Positions 43,802 to 55,871 are shown, counted from the first letter of the stretch. The stretch: DNA of 64,000 nucleotides from Candidatus Dojkabacteria bacterium (GCA_040765985.1 JAXGRK010000004.1:5773-69772), one strand, 5' to 3'. Notes: generated by a model from the letters alone, not told the origin. Numbers and translations are program-made.

Positions 43802-45520
43802 ATGAAGAAATTTAAATCATTATTTATTCTCTTAGGAATACTCCTATTCATTACGCCCATATATGCTCAAGAAGATGAAAGGATCTTGGGTGCAAAAGTA
43901 TGAGATTACTATAAATGAAGATGCAAATGTCTGATATTAAAAGTATTCAATTTAGACCCTCATCTACGATTTCTAGACACGGTTTAGAATGGAGAATACC
44001 GTATGTATATTCCCTTAATGCTTTTAGAAGAGCTACTAAACTAGATGTAAACAGTGTTACTTACTATCCATTGTTAAATCCAGAACTTAAAACACTTAAT
44101 AAATACTCCAGAAATGATGAAAATGGATGGGCGATATTATTGCAGGTGGAGATACAGATACATATATAAATGGTACCTATGCTCATGAGAGTGTGGATTA
44201 CACATTGAAATATTCAGGCATCTCGTATTTTGATGAAAATGATGGTGTTTTAAATGTTATTGGTCCTGGTTGGAATATTCCAATTGAAAATGCTTCTGCT
44301 TATGTTAAACTTCCAGGAGAGATATTAGAATTAATCTGTTTTACAGGCCCAGATGGTTCTCAGCTACAAGATTGTACAATGGATAAAGATACAGAGCGTA
44401 GTTTCTCTGTAACACCAAATGGTATATTAGATGCATATGAAGGATATACTTTTGTTTCATCGTGCAAAAGGGTAGTATTGAGAACACAACAAAAGAACAG
44501 ATACTCCTTGGGATATTAAACAATATAGGGATACTACTCCCTATTCCTGTAGGTATCTACCTTTTTGGATTTCTAAAAAAGAAATATAGAAATCAGAAAC
44601 TAACAGTAATTCCATACTATGAACCAGATAAAGATATGGATTCTTTATTAGGTGCAACATTACTAAATCCTTTGTATAAACCAAAAAATATCTCTGCAGC
44701 AATTATTGAATTAGCTACTAAAGGATATTTTTAAAGAATTAAATGCTGAAAAAAAGAAGTTTGAATTTGTAAAAAGTGAGAAAGATGCTAGCGATTTACC
44801 TCCTTATCTAAAAAGATTGTTGACAGTATATTTGCTTCTGGAGAAACGGTACCATTAAGTAAATTAACATCCTTCTATCAAACATCTACAGTACCTATAC
44901 ACTCTGTTTACAATCTCCTTAAAGAGGAGGATGTTTCATAAAAATGTACAGAAATTAAAATCAGCTTTATTAATTATACATTACAATACATAATTATTTT
45001 TTCTACTATCATTCATAAGCTTATTTAGCATCTACAATTGGATGGTTGATAGGTATTATAATCTCATTAATATTACTCTTTATCTTTGGAATTGGTTTAG
45101 TTTCAAAACTTCAAAAGGAAATGAAATATATAAATTACTTGGTTTAAAACTTTACATTAATACTGCTGAAAAACACAGAATAAGAGTTTCACTACAATGA
45201 CCTAAAAAATATATGGTGTATTTGAGAAATTACATACACGCAATGATATTTGGTTTAGAAGAAATGGGCTAATGAATTTAAAGATATATATTGAAAATCT
45301 GATTGGTATGAAGGAGATTTCACTACATTCAGTTCTTACTATCTAAATTCAATTCTTTAGGTAGTTTTAATAATTCATTATTGAGTAAATCCTCTCCTCC
45401 TGTAAGCTATAGTAGTGGCAGTTTAGATCTGGTGGTTGGAGTTCAGGTGGCTCTGGATTTGGTGGTGAGTGGAAGCTCTGGTATTGGTAGGTGAGTGGTT
45501 CTGGTGGTGGTGGTTGGTAA
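43802..45520 (+). pseudogene. DUF2207-family membrane protein (usual LemA neighbour), heavily frameshifted
   Basis: Signal peptide MKKFKSLFILLGILLFITPIYAQ; HGLEWRIPYVY; ORFs 44127.. and 44462..; Gly/Ser-rich C-terminus (GSGGGGW*). Confidence 0.6.
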
Positions 45521-45541
45521 TATTTAATAGCAACTAAGAAT

Positions 45542-46245
45542 ATGAGTATATTTGATTTTTCTTTTTTGGAGACAAAATTTCAACAATATCATTTGGTGAT
45601 TTAAGAAAAGATAGTTGATTTAAGAAAAGCTAATATATACCCCTTTAGTGAGAACCTATCAAGCAATATCTCTACCTGATGATTTCTGGAAAGAGTTAGT
45701 AAAAATATTTAAAAGAACAGATAGCGATGAGTTAGAAAGAGCATTCTCAATATTTTGGGCTGATGGAGATAACATTTTAGTGAAGTAAACCTTTGGCTCT
45801 GATAGAATGGTAACAGAAGTGGAGAGTTCAATCCAAGTTAAATACTCCTACCCTACTAGAAAGGGATACGCTAGAAAAGAGGCAATATTAGATAACTCTA
45901 CTATTAAAAGAAAAGACATTTTCTACAATGTGCCAAAGTTTAGAAGTCAGTATCTTTTTAATATCCATACACATCCTAAACATGTTGCATACACGAGTGG
46001 ACAGAAGTATTACAATTTTTCTCAGCACAAGATATTAAATCTTTAATATCTTCTAAAGCAATATAACTAGGTTAGTAACAGATAAATTTTGGATTTTAGT
46101 TAGAACAAAGTACTCCAAGTGATGTCTCTACCTTTTAGACAATCAAGTTACTCCAGAGTATTTAGAAGATACACTGCATATCAGTGTATACAAAGCAGAG
46201 TTTAACAAAAAAGCATATAGATATTCTTTAGTAGAAAAAACCTAA
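45542..46245 (+). pseudogene. JAB/MPN (JAMM-motif) domain protein, heavily frameshifted
   Basis: ORF 45807..46046 contains FNIHTHPKHVAYTSGQKYYNF followed (after a frame slip) by SAQDIKSL, i.e. an HxH...S..D JAMM-like pattern. Confidence 0.4.
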
Positions 46246-46909
46246 TTCACTTTTCTTACCTTGATATAAAGTATAAGATTGAGTAAAGATGTTAATAATG
46301 ATGCAACATAAGGTAAAACCAGCAGCATTTAATACTGTTTGCTTTAGAATATTCTCTTCTTCAATTAGATTGTATTTTCTAATAAAAGAGATAGCTCTTT
46401 TAGAAGCATCAAACTCTATTGGTACTGTAAATGGTGAATAGTGCAGAACTAGAGAAAGGATAAGGCCAATATATTGGGTATATAATAATAGATTAAGTGC
46501 AAAACCAATGACAATTAGAAGCCATATATCCTAAAGTTATATTAACAATAGGTACTAAACCATTTCTTAGGTTAAAAAGTATAGATTTAGAGTATTTTTG
46601 TGCTACATGTCCTAATTCATGAGCACTTACATATCAACAGCAGAAGAATTTTTAGCTGATGTAGATAGTGTTACAGTATCATTTCTTGGATCAAAATGAT
46701 CAGAAAGAAACCTACCTGAAATATTTAAATCAATTTGAAACTGTTCTCCCTCTATTATCTTTCATGGCAACCTGCTCTCCTGTTAATTTTATTACTAGGT
46801 ATAATCTTAGATATTCTTGAATATGATGATGAAAGAGAGATCATATCTGGAATATTGTAACTAAAAGTATTGCAGGTATTGTATATATTAAATATGAATC
46901 TAAATACAT
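46228..46909 (-). pseudogene. YugP-like neutral zinc metallopeptidase (Zn_peptidase_2 family), frameshifted
   Basis: MYLDSYLIYTIPAILLVTIFQ..; LNISGRFLSDHFDPRNDTVTLSTSAKNSSAVD..SAHELGHVAQKYSKSILFNLRNGLVP; C-terminal TMs. Confidence 0.6.
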
Positions 46910-46929
46910 AGAAGCTGAGATTAAACTTT

Positions 46930-47432
46930 TTAGATAATTTGATAGATAGAGAAACCCAATACTACTCTCCAATAGAGGGAACTTGATGACAAATTAGATA
47001 TAGCTAGGTAATAAATATTGATATGTCCAAATGCTTTTATTCATTTGCCAAATACACTAAATTACAAGAAAGCCACCTTTAAAAAGTATTCCTAATATAT
47101 GACCAGATTTTCTTTTTGAAATAAAGTAAGAGAGTATAGGTTGAGTAATGATAAATGGAAGAACATATATTAAAAAGTATGTAGCACCATTGACTTAGTA
47201 CGGTAAAACTAGCAGTAATAGAGGTAAGAATAGTATAGCTAATGTTTTCTTTAATCCAAAAGGTTAGTGTCGAATATACAATTAAGAGATTAACAACAGA
47301 GCCAACTAATAATTGCAGTTTTCCAATAATTGAGGGGTACTAGTATAGACAGGGAGTACACCATTGAGTAAAGGACTTTAATTTCTCAAAATTAAGATTT
47401 AAGATAGATATCTTTTGTTTTTCTAGTATCAT
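46930..47432 (-). pseudogene. Hypothetical polytopic membrane protein, frameshifted
   Basis: ATG at 47432 (MILEKQKISILNLNFEKLKSF..), followed by hydrophobic segments in several frames. No family recognised. Confidence 0.25.
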
Positions 47433-47524
47433 AATTAAGTATAATATATTTAAAGTGTGTACATACATTCTATCATATACTAAGAAACATTAATTAAAAG
47501 TATTAAAATTTAAGAGAAATATCA

Positions 47525-48372
47525 ATGGAGATTTACAAACAAGATAAAAAATATTTATGTATGTTAGCACCCTCCTTTGTTTCAATGTATATGAGTATCC
47601 AGAGATAATATATGCAGAATTAGAGCACTTGGCACATGACTAAAATTTATAGAGAGTAACCTTTAGTGCAAAAATGACCTCCAATCTTTCTTTACTACGA
47701 AATTCTTGAGAACAGAAAGATAGAACCTGGATATCCATCATGCCCTACCACTTATTAATATGATTAGAGGAAAGTATCCTCACTTAATTCCTAATCTTGT
47801 ACCTGTACACTCTCCAATGGGTAGTATGGCACTAATTGTTAAACATTTTTTTCCAGGGTATGAGGTTGTATTTATAGGGCCATGTTTAACAAAAGATGGA
47901 AGCTAAAGAGAGATAGGTACTGTAGATGAAGTATTAACCTTTACAGAGTTAGATGAACTTTTAAAAAGCATAATATTCCTGAAAAGATTACTGAATCTAA
48001 ATATCAGATTACATTTGATAAATTGTATAACGATTACACTAAGGTATATCCTCTGTCAGGTGGTCTATCAGAAACACTTCAGTACAACGATATATTAAAA
48101 AAAAGTGATATATTAGTTGCTGATGGAATGAAAAACATCATTAAAATCTTAGATGGATTTAAAGATGGATATTACAAAAAATAGATTTTTGGATATACTC
48201 TCCTGTGAAGGTGGATGTATAAATGGACCTTGTATTAATTATAAATTTCCAATTAAAGAAAGAATCAAAAGGGTTAGAAGTACAAGATTACGCATCTAGA
48301 TATGAAAGAGATTTAGGGAGAACAGGAAGAAAGATAGATGCTAAAGGAATAGATTTTAGTAGAAAATTCTAA
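47525..48372 (+). pseudogene. [FeFe]-hydrogenase large-subunit C-terminal-domain-like protein, heavily frameshifted
   Basis: YLCMLAPSFVS; SSCPT..LIPNLVPVHSPMGSMALIVK; VVFIGPCLTK; LSGGLSETL; ILSCEGGCINGP. These resemble the H-cluster-binding motifs but lack the CC doublet. Confidence 0.5.
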
Positions 48373-48390
48373 ATTAATATTACACTACTT

Positions 48391-48841
48391 ATGAATATGT
48401 ACATGGAAGAAGCTATAAACCAAGCTCGTAAGTATGAAAAAAGTCATGGAGGACCTTTTAGTGCTATTTTGTATGTGAAGGTAAGATCATTGCATCTGAT
48501 CATAACAGAGTCATTAAAAACCATGATGCTACATGTCATGCAGAGATTCTTATGATGCAAAGAGCAAGTAAAAATTTAAAGAGTTTGATTTGTCAAATTG
48601 TGAAATATATACCACTGGTAAACCTTGTAAGATGTGTGAAGGAGCTATTAATTAGGCAAAGATAAAGAGAGTATATTATGAAATAGCTATAAAGATGCCT
48701 TGAATATGGGCTTTGATGATGAGAAGGGTAATAACCAGGATATTGTTTATGAAAGAATAGAGAGTACTCAAACAGGTAAAATGGTGGGGAGTGAATTCTT
48801 TGAATACAGAAAGTATGTATTAATTCTTAATATATACTTTT
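48391..48841 (+). pseudogene. Nucleoside/guanine deaminase (CDA-fold zinc deaminase), frameshifted
   Basis: MEEAINQARKYEKSHGGPFSAI..; DATCHAEILMMQRA (HAE); TTGKPCKMCEGAINWAKIKRVYY (PCxxC); MGFDDEKG. Confidence 0.65.
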
Positions 48842-50916
48842 AAATCTACTGCCTGTGTTTCTGTTAATATTGCAGGATTCATATCTATGCTATGTATCAT
48901 TTATGTAACTAACATTCTTTAAGACATCAATCATTTCAATTAACTTCTCTTTTGCTAAAGCGTTTCCCTCTACTTATCTCATCAATTATAGTTACTGCCT
49001 TGGAAAACATATTAAGTTTTTTTAATAATGTTTTTACAGTCTCAGGTACTAAGAATATGCTGTATATCATCACATATACTTCGTATATATACCACCTTGG
49101 CCTATCCGCTATTAAATGACCGAATCAATCCTTTTCAGCAGCTTTTGATAACCAACTATCAATACCCTCTCTATTTGCTCAATAAAGAACTGCTAATTTG
49201 GTTCTACCATTTCTTGTATTAGAACTTCTGGAGATTTTTTACCTGTAGCTTTCTGTATATTTAATGTTAAAGCTTCAAATTTTTCTTGGAACTCTGAGAT
49301 AGTTCTAATATCAACAAATACACCTTTAAAATCAGTTTTATGTGTTAAATCCTTTGAGGTGGCTTTAATAACAATGGGAAAGTTCTTACTTGCAAATGTA
49401 ATTGCCTCATCTATATTTGCCGTAATTAACTGTTTAGGAAGCTGTATACCACACTCTTTAGCAATCTTTTCAGTAATATCATCTGGTAAAACAGTTACTT
49501 CATCTTTTAGATATTCATTTACAGCTTTTTTGTATTTACCCTTTAATTGTAAATCAGATACTTTTCTAATACCCCCTTCTCTATCTTGCATCTCATAGTC
49601 TGTTACCTTACTAATTAATCTAACACTATCCTCTATATTATTAGACACATACATACCGTAAGCTCTTAAAATCTTGTTCCCATCACTAATATCACTACCG
49701 CCTAAAAAGCATGAAAATATTGGTTTTGAAGTTTGTTTCTGTATCTCTACAATACTTTTAGCAACACCTGAAATGTCTGTTACTAATTGAGGAGTAAGTA
49801 TTACCACAAGAGAGTGAACGGATATATCATCTAAGAGGGTTTTAATTGTATATTCATATCTATCAAGTAAAGCGTCACCTAGAATATCCACTGGATTATT
49901 AATATTAGATTGTAAAGGTAAAAATTTTGCTAATTTGTCTTTTGTTTTTTCTCCTATCTCTGCTAATTCTAAACCAAATAGCTCAACAAAATCAGTTGCC
50001 ATAATGCCTGGACCACCAGCGTTTGTTACAATACCAACACCCCTTCCCTTTGGTAGCTTTTTACCAGAAACAACCTTAATCATATCGAATAGCTCTTCAG
50101 AACTCTCTACTTTAATTAAATTTGACTTCTTAATTGCTGCAAGTGTTGTATCGTATGAGGTAGCTAGAGAGCCAGTATGAGAAGAAATGGCCTCTTTTGC
50201 CTTTTGAGAGCTTCCAGGAGCTATAATAATCATTGGCTTTGTACTTCTGTTTGCTATTTCAATAAAGTCTTTACCATCTGTAAACTCTTCAAGATATATT
50301 GCAATAGACTCGGTATCTGTATCTTTCTGCAGATATTCAATTAACTCATTCTCATTAATATCTGCCTTGTTACCAATAGATATTACTTTAGAAAAACCGA
50401 TACTATCTCTAATAGCTAAATCTAATATAGCTGTACAGAAAGCACCAGACTGTGAAATAAAAGCAGTAGAGCCCTTCCCAGGATTCTTTCTTGCAAATGA
50501 AAGATTTAAATTAATACTATTATTAATTATTCCTAATGTATTAGGACCAATTAACCTAATATCTGCTTTCTTTAATTTATTAGCAATCTCTTGCTCTAAT
50601 GCTTTACCCTCTGGACCTATTTCTTTAAATCCTGATGATATTATTATTACACCACTAACTTTTTCAATACAATCATCTACAACACTTTCAACAAACTGAG
50701 AGGTATAACTATACATACTAAATCTATACTACCCTATGCTTAGAATATCTGGATAACAAGTTTACCCTCTATCTCTTTATATGAGATTAACAGGATATAC
50801 CTTTCCAGTGTATCCTCCTCTAGTATATTACTGTATATTACACTACCTATCTTAGCTTTTCTTCAAAACCCCTACTGCAACAATACTTTTAGGAAAAGAA
50901 TATTATATCTTTTCAT
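48820..50916 (-). pseudogene. Acetate--CoA ligase (ADP-forming), fused alpha/beta type; middle 507 codons intact, both ends frameshifted
   Basis: ORF 49193..50716 (IISSGFKEIGPEGKALE.., ATP-grasp part). Upstream fragments are PKSIVAVGVS..GYTGKVYPVN. The downstream fragment ..IDMNPAILTETQAVDLKVYIKN* is in shifted frames. Confidence 0.8.
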
Positions 50917-51769
50917 TTATTATAGAATTATCTAATATATTCGATATATTGTAATTCTTTACCTCATTGACAACTGTACCCTTATCCTTTCTGTTTTTTA
51001 AATTTGAGTAGTAATCTTTCATCTCTTTATTTCTATATATCACCCCAGTATATATCTTTTTCGTATCTTTTACCTTACTTTTAGCTAAATCGATATTGTC
51101 TGTTTCCTGTACTTTAGAAATTTTACTTTTTAAATTCTCTAAACTATTCTCTGGGTTGTATGTAGGACATACCTGTATAATTTCAATTACACTAAAGCCT
51201 TTATGCTTAATACCTGATTTAATAATTTCGGATAGTTGACTGGGATCTGCGGAAAAACCCCTTGCATAGAAAGAGGGGTTTAAGCTCAGTACTAACTCCC
51301 CAATATTAATATCTCCCTCTGTTTTACCATTAGGAAAACCATACATACCTTTCCCCTTTTTAGTTGTAGATGTAATCTGACCAGTAGTTAGTGCAAAGTT
51401 CTCATTGTTATGAATGAGTAGTGTAATATCATAGTTAGAACGAATACCGTGTATTAAATGATCTATACCCTCATGTAAACATCCACCATCACCAATATCT
51501 GCTATTACAGTCATATCCCTATTCGCAATATGACATCCTACTGCAAAAGGAATGGCTCTTCCATGTAATCCTTTTACTCTAAAGCCCTCTATCTTGTCTC
51601 CACCATTTCCATTACATCCAATATCAAAAGAGATAACGACATCACTTGGATGTTTACCTAAATTAACGAGTGCCTGTTTTAGTGCAATATGAATATTAAA
51701 ATTACCACATTCTGGACACCAGGTAGGTTTTGCATCTGTATTGTAATCTTTAATATCTATTTTTTTCAT
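50903..51769 (-). CDS. 2-oxoacid:ferredoxin oxidoreductase, beta (TPP-binding) subunit
   Basis: Intact 288 aa. TWCPECGNFNI, DIGCNG, VIADIGDGGCLHEGIDHLIH (TPP-binding GDG). The start overlaps the alpha-subunit stop as ATGA. Confidence 0.85.
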   Translation of the reverse strand: MKKIDIKDYNTDAKPTWCPECGNFNIHIALKQALVNLGKHPSDVVISFDIGCNGNGGDKIEGFRVKGLHGRAIPFAVGCHIANRDMTVIADIGDGGCLHEGIDHLIHGIRSNYDITLLIHNNENFALTTGQITSTTKKGKGMYGFPNGKTEGDINIGELVLSLNPSFYARGFSADPSQLSEIIKSGIKHKGFSVIEIIQVCPTYNPENSLENLKSKISKVQETDNIDLAKSKVKDTKKIYTGVIYRNKEMKDYYSNLKNRKDKGTVVNEVKNYNISNILDNSIINEKI

Positions 51770-53470
51770 TTTCTTAAATACTCTAATATATCATCTACAA
51801 AAAATGGTCTTCCATCGAAATTGTTTATTGTATTAGATATGTAAAAATTAGTTTCTTGTTTAATCAATTTCCCTAATCCATTACTTTGATTGTTTTCAAT
51901 TAAGACAATTTTTGTATTCTTTTTAGTTAATTCCAAAAGTTTTTGGTATTTAAAAGGATATATATATTTGTAATGTAAGTACCCTATTCTTTTCTTACTC
52001 TGTTTCATTGCATCTAATACAGCATTTTTACTGCTACCTAAACCAACAAAAACAATGGATGGATCCGATGAACCATAGTATTTTGGCTCTGGAGTATTTT
52101 TTTTCAATGAAGTTAACTTTCTCATTCTTTTTTCTGACATATTCACAATATCTATTTCGTCTTCTGTACTAATACCATCTTCATTATGCTCATCACTATT
52201 GGTTAAATATGTTTTTTTACCATTTTTTGGTATCCATCTAGGGGAAACACCACTTCTAGTTATTAAATATCTCTGTGTACCGTTTTGTAAAAGACCTCTA
52301 TCAAGCCCTTTCGGTTTAGGTAATTTAGATATATTGAAGATAGATTCTGCAATATGTTTTTCAGTAAGTAAAATAACAGGTATCTGAAACTTCTCAGAGA
52401 TATTAAATGCATCTTGGATTAGTTCAAAGCTGTCTATAGCGTCACTAGCACATAGTACACATTTAGGAGACTCTCCATGACCTGCGTGTAGGGCAACATT
52501 TAAATCAGAAGCACCACTCCATGTAGGTACTCCTGTACCACTCCCGGCTCTTTGACCTAGAACAATGACTAGAGGAATCTCTGTCATTCCCGAGCATGAT
52601 ATGCTTTCTGTCATTAGATCAAATCCACCTCCAGAGGTTGCAGTAAAAGCTCTTGTTCCCATATACATACTTCCCATTACCATTTGTACTGCAGTTATTT
52701 CACTTTCTGCTTGCTTTACAACAATACCAGTCTTTTCATATGTATTACCTAATACTTCTAGTATAGAGGTGGCAGGAGTCATAGGATACGCATAGTAAGC
52801 CCTACACCCAGCAGAGATAGCTCCCAAAGCTATAGCTTCATTTCCAGTTAATACCTTAGATTTAGACCACTGTACTGCTTTAATACCAGATATTTTTGAA
52901 ATATTTTGCTCTTTTAAAGTTGATAGATTGTAACCTGCCTTAATGCATCTTTTTCTGCTTGTATATCAACGCCCTCTTTTTTAGAAAAGTATTCAACAAC
53001 TACTTTCTCAAGTAACTTAATATCTAATCCTAAAACTTTCCACAAAGCACCTAACATTACAACATTTCCCATAATGAGGGGGGCTTTCTCTTTTGTAGTT
53101 ATATCAGCGCTATCTATATATATAACCTCAATTTTTGTTTTTTAATATATTCTTTTGCCTTTTGATTAAAGGTATACTCTTTTACAGAGTGAAGAAGAAC
53201 ACCATTTTTCTTAATAGAGTATATATATTCGTCTAGTGCCTCTTTTGCTATACAAACAAGAAAATCACACTTTTTAGTTGGAGAAAGAACATTGTCAGGT
53301 GAGAAATCAATTTGATATGAAGAGTAACCTCCTTTGATAATGGAGGGATACTCTCTATATGCAAATGTATGATATCCAATATTTTTAAGTGCTTTACTAA
53401 CAAATTTCCCAAGAGTATTGATACCTTGTCCAGATTGTCCTCCAATTTTTATGGAATATCTATTCTTCAT
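51766..53470 (-). pseudogene. 2-oxoacid:ferredoxin oxidoreductase, fused gamma-alpha subunit; frameshifts between 52830 and 53110
   Basis: ORF 53114..53470 is the gamma-like N-terminus (IKIGGQSGQGINTLG). ORF 51766..52827 is the alpha core (GAISAGCRAYYAYPMTPATSI..). The linker region reads in other frames. Confidence 0.8.
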
Positions 53471-53566
53471 TTATTGAGCAGTTTGTATATCTATTTAGGT
53501 TACCACTAGTAAAATATATTGTCAAAATGATTACAAATTAGCTAAAAGTAATGTAGAATATCTGGG

Positions 53567-54519
53567 ATGATAGATAAATGCAGTATAACAATTGAATCAG
53601 GTAAGGGAGGTAATGGAATAATCGCTTTTGATAGGGATAGGAAAGCGGATGGTGGTAGTGGTGGTAAGGGTGGAGATGTATATATTGTTGGAGATGAAAA
53701 TATACATGATTTTTCTAAGATAGTCCAGATTAAAACATTTAAAGCCCAGAGTGGTTATATTGGTGAAAAGAACAAAAGAACAGGTAAAGATGGTACTGAT
53801 TTAGAGATACATGTTCCTTTAGTGACAAAGATTTTTAATGGTGATGATACAGAGATTTTTACTATGTCTAAACATGGGTATAGATTGAAAATTTTAGATG
53901 GTGGTTTAGGTGGCTTAGGAAATTTTGCACTAAGAGGTGAGGGATGGGATGGTAAGTTATCAAGAACTAAAGGTGGTGAATTACAAAGTAAAAGCTTAAA
54001 CTTAGAGCTTAATCTTAAGGGGGACGTTATCTTTTTGGGCTTTCCTAATGCAGGTAAATCTAGTATTGTTAATTCTTTAAGTAATGCTAAATACAAGGTA
54101 GCACCGTATGAGTTTACTACACTTCAACCCCAGTTAGCTGTAATGGATAGATATATCCTTATGGATCTACCTGGTTTGATAGAGGGGCATACAAGGGTAA
54201 GGGTCTTGGAATTGATTTTCTTAAGCATACTAAATATGCAAAACTGCTAGTTCATTGTATTAGTTTAGAGAATGAGGATTTAAAAAGTATATAACGATAT
54301 GAGGAAAAGAGTTTGTTAATATTTCAGAAGATTTACATTCATTAAAGAGCTTGTTGTATTCACAAAAGCAGATATATATTCTAATGAACAGTTAGTTGAT
54401 GTTGAAAAAAACACTTAAGAAAGATTTTTAAAGACTTTTTAATTATGTCAGTATTTCGCAAGGAAGATATTGAGAAATTGAAGAAAGAATTAAAAAAAGA
54501 GATTGAGTTCTATTTCTAA
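53567..54519 (+). pseudogene. obg: GTPase Obg, frameshifted in the G domain
   Basis: ITIESGKGGNGIIAFDRDRKADGGSGGKGGDVYIVGD (Obg fold); GFPNAGKSSIVNSLSNAKYKVAPYEFTTLQP; DLPGLIEG. Later parts are in shifted frames. Confidence 0.85.
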
Positions 54520-54524
54520 TCCCG

Positions 54525-55274
54525 TTATCTAAAGCCAATTTTAGCATTCCACTGTAGATCTGGTTTATCACCCATACTATCTACTAACCACTCAAGATAC
54601 TCCTGTCCGTTCTTTCTATCTCTTCAAATGTTTTACCCATATATTTACCAAAGGACATCTCTCTCATTACTTGTGGTTGTTTAGTAATTAGCATCATATT
54701 ATCAATATTTAGTTTTGTATTAGCTTCAAGATATTTGTACAAGTCTTTAAGAAAAATATACATCACTTAATGCATCATGTGCTTTAATATGATCTTTATC
54801 TTCCTTTTTGTATAGCCCTAGATAGTATCTAAGGTACTGTAGTTTGTAACTTTCTAAATCGTATCCATCATCTGTAGTTAGTTGCATTTCTAGCTATCTT
54901 TAATGTACATATTTTCTTTCAATATTAATACCTTTTTTTAACACTTCAGAATCAAATTCAATATTATGAGCAACCCATATATACTCTTTAGCTAAATACT
55001 CCAGATACTCTTTTAATGAATTTCCTTTATATTCGGGATCTATACCCTCTTTTTGGTAATTTTGAATCTTGGAAAGTATCTAAATCTACAACATCTTCAG
55101 GAGTAATATTATGTATTGCCATGGCTCAAAAGAAATCTCTTGTACAGGTTTAAAATACATATTCATGTATATGTTAGGATCATCTGTTATGAATGCCAAT
55201 TGAAGAAGGTCTTTACATTGTGTATCTGTTGTTTCTGTATCTATATACAGTAATTTATTTTATTCATAAGTCAT
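54525..55274 (-). pseudogene. DEDDh-type 3'-5' exonuclease (DnaQ-like) with C-terminal DUF3820-like tail, frameshifted
   Basis: LLYIDTETTD (Exo I), WVAHNIEFDSEVL (Exo II), KAHDALSDVYI (Exo III). ORF 54584..54766 plus QEYLEWLVDSMGDKPDLQWNAKIGFR*. Confidence 0.65.
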
Positions 55275-55370
55275 AGATTTTAACACGTATATTTTTACTA
55301 ACAAATATTTGTAATTTAATATATATATTGATATATTTTTGAAATAACTTTTAGAAAATTGATATGCAAG

Positions 55371-55871
55371 ATGAAAATATTACAAAAAATAGTACCAGTT
55401 GTTGTTACTGTGATAATCGTGTCCGTTCTGTCTATTGGTATCTTTGTATTCTTAAACAAAGAGGAGGTTCCTACCAACAGATGTAAAATGGAACAAATAT
55501 TGATTTAAATTTAGAAGATAGTAATACCAATATGAGTAATGTAGAAGATTTTGAAGAGTTAACTATCACAACTTTACAAGAAGGTAGTGGGAAGAAGCAA
55601 TTATAGGAAATACTGTTTCGGTTCATTATGCAGGCACTCTAAGTGATGGAACTTAGAGTTTGATAGCTCATATAACAGGGGGACACCATTTGAGTTTACA
55701 CTGGGTGATGGTATGGTTATAACGGGTTGGGAAGAGGGAGTAAAGATGAAGGTAGGTGAAATTAGAGAATTAAAGATTCCATCATCAATGGGATACGGTG
55801 ATACGGGTTCTGGCCCTATTCCTGGTAAAGCAGGTTTAATATTTAAGGTTGAGTTACTTGAGATTAAGTAA
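55371..55871 (+). pseudogene. FKBP-type peptidyl-prolyl cis-trans isomerase, membrane-anchored, frameshifted
   Basis: TM IVPVVVTVIIVSVLSIGIFVF. The C-terminus FDSSYNRGTPFEFTLGDGMVITGWEEGVKMKVGEIRELKIPSSMGYGDTGSGPIPGKAGLIFKVELLEIK* is contiguous in one frame. Confidence 0.8.

Noticed and set aside
39397-49192. Prophage, integrative element or defence island as an explanation for the shredded 9.8-kb block
   Set aside because: There is no integrase, recombinase, phage structural gene, flanking tRNA or direct repeat. The content is ordinary housekeeping or membrane genes, and the block edges fall inside genes.
39397-49192. Diversity-generating retroelement or other targeted hypermutation
   Set aside because: The disruptions are indels rather than adenine-specific substitutions. 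There is no reverse transcriptase or template/variable repeat pair in the window.
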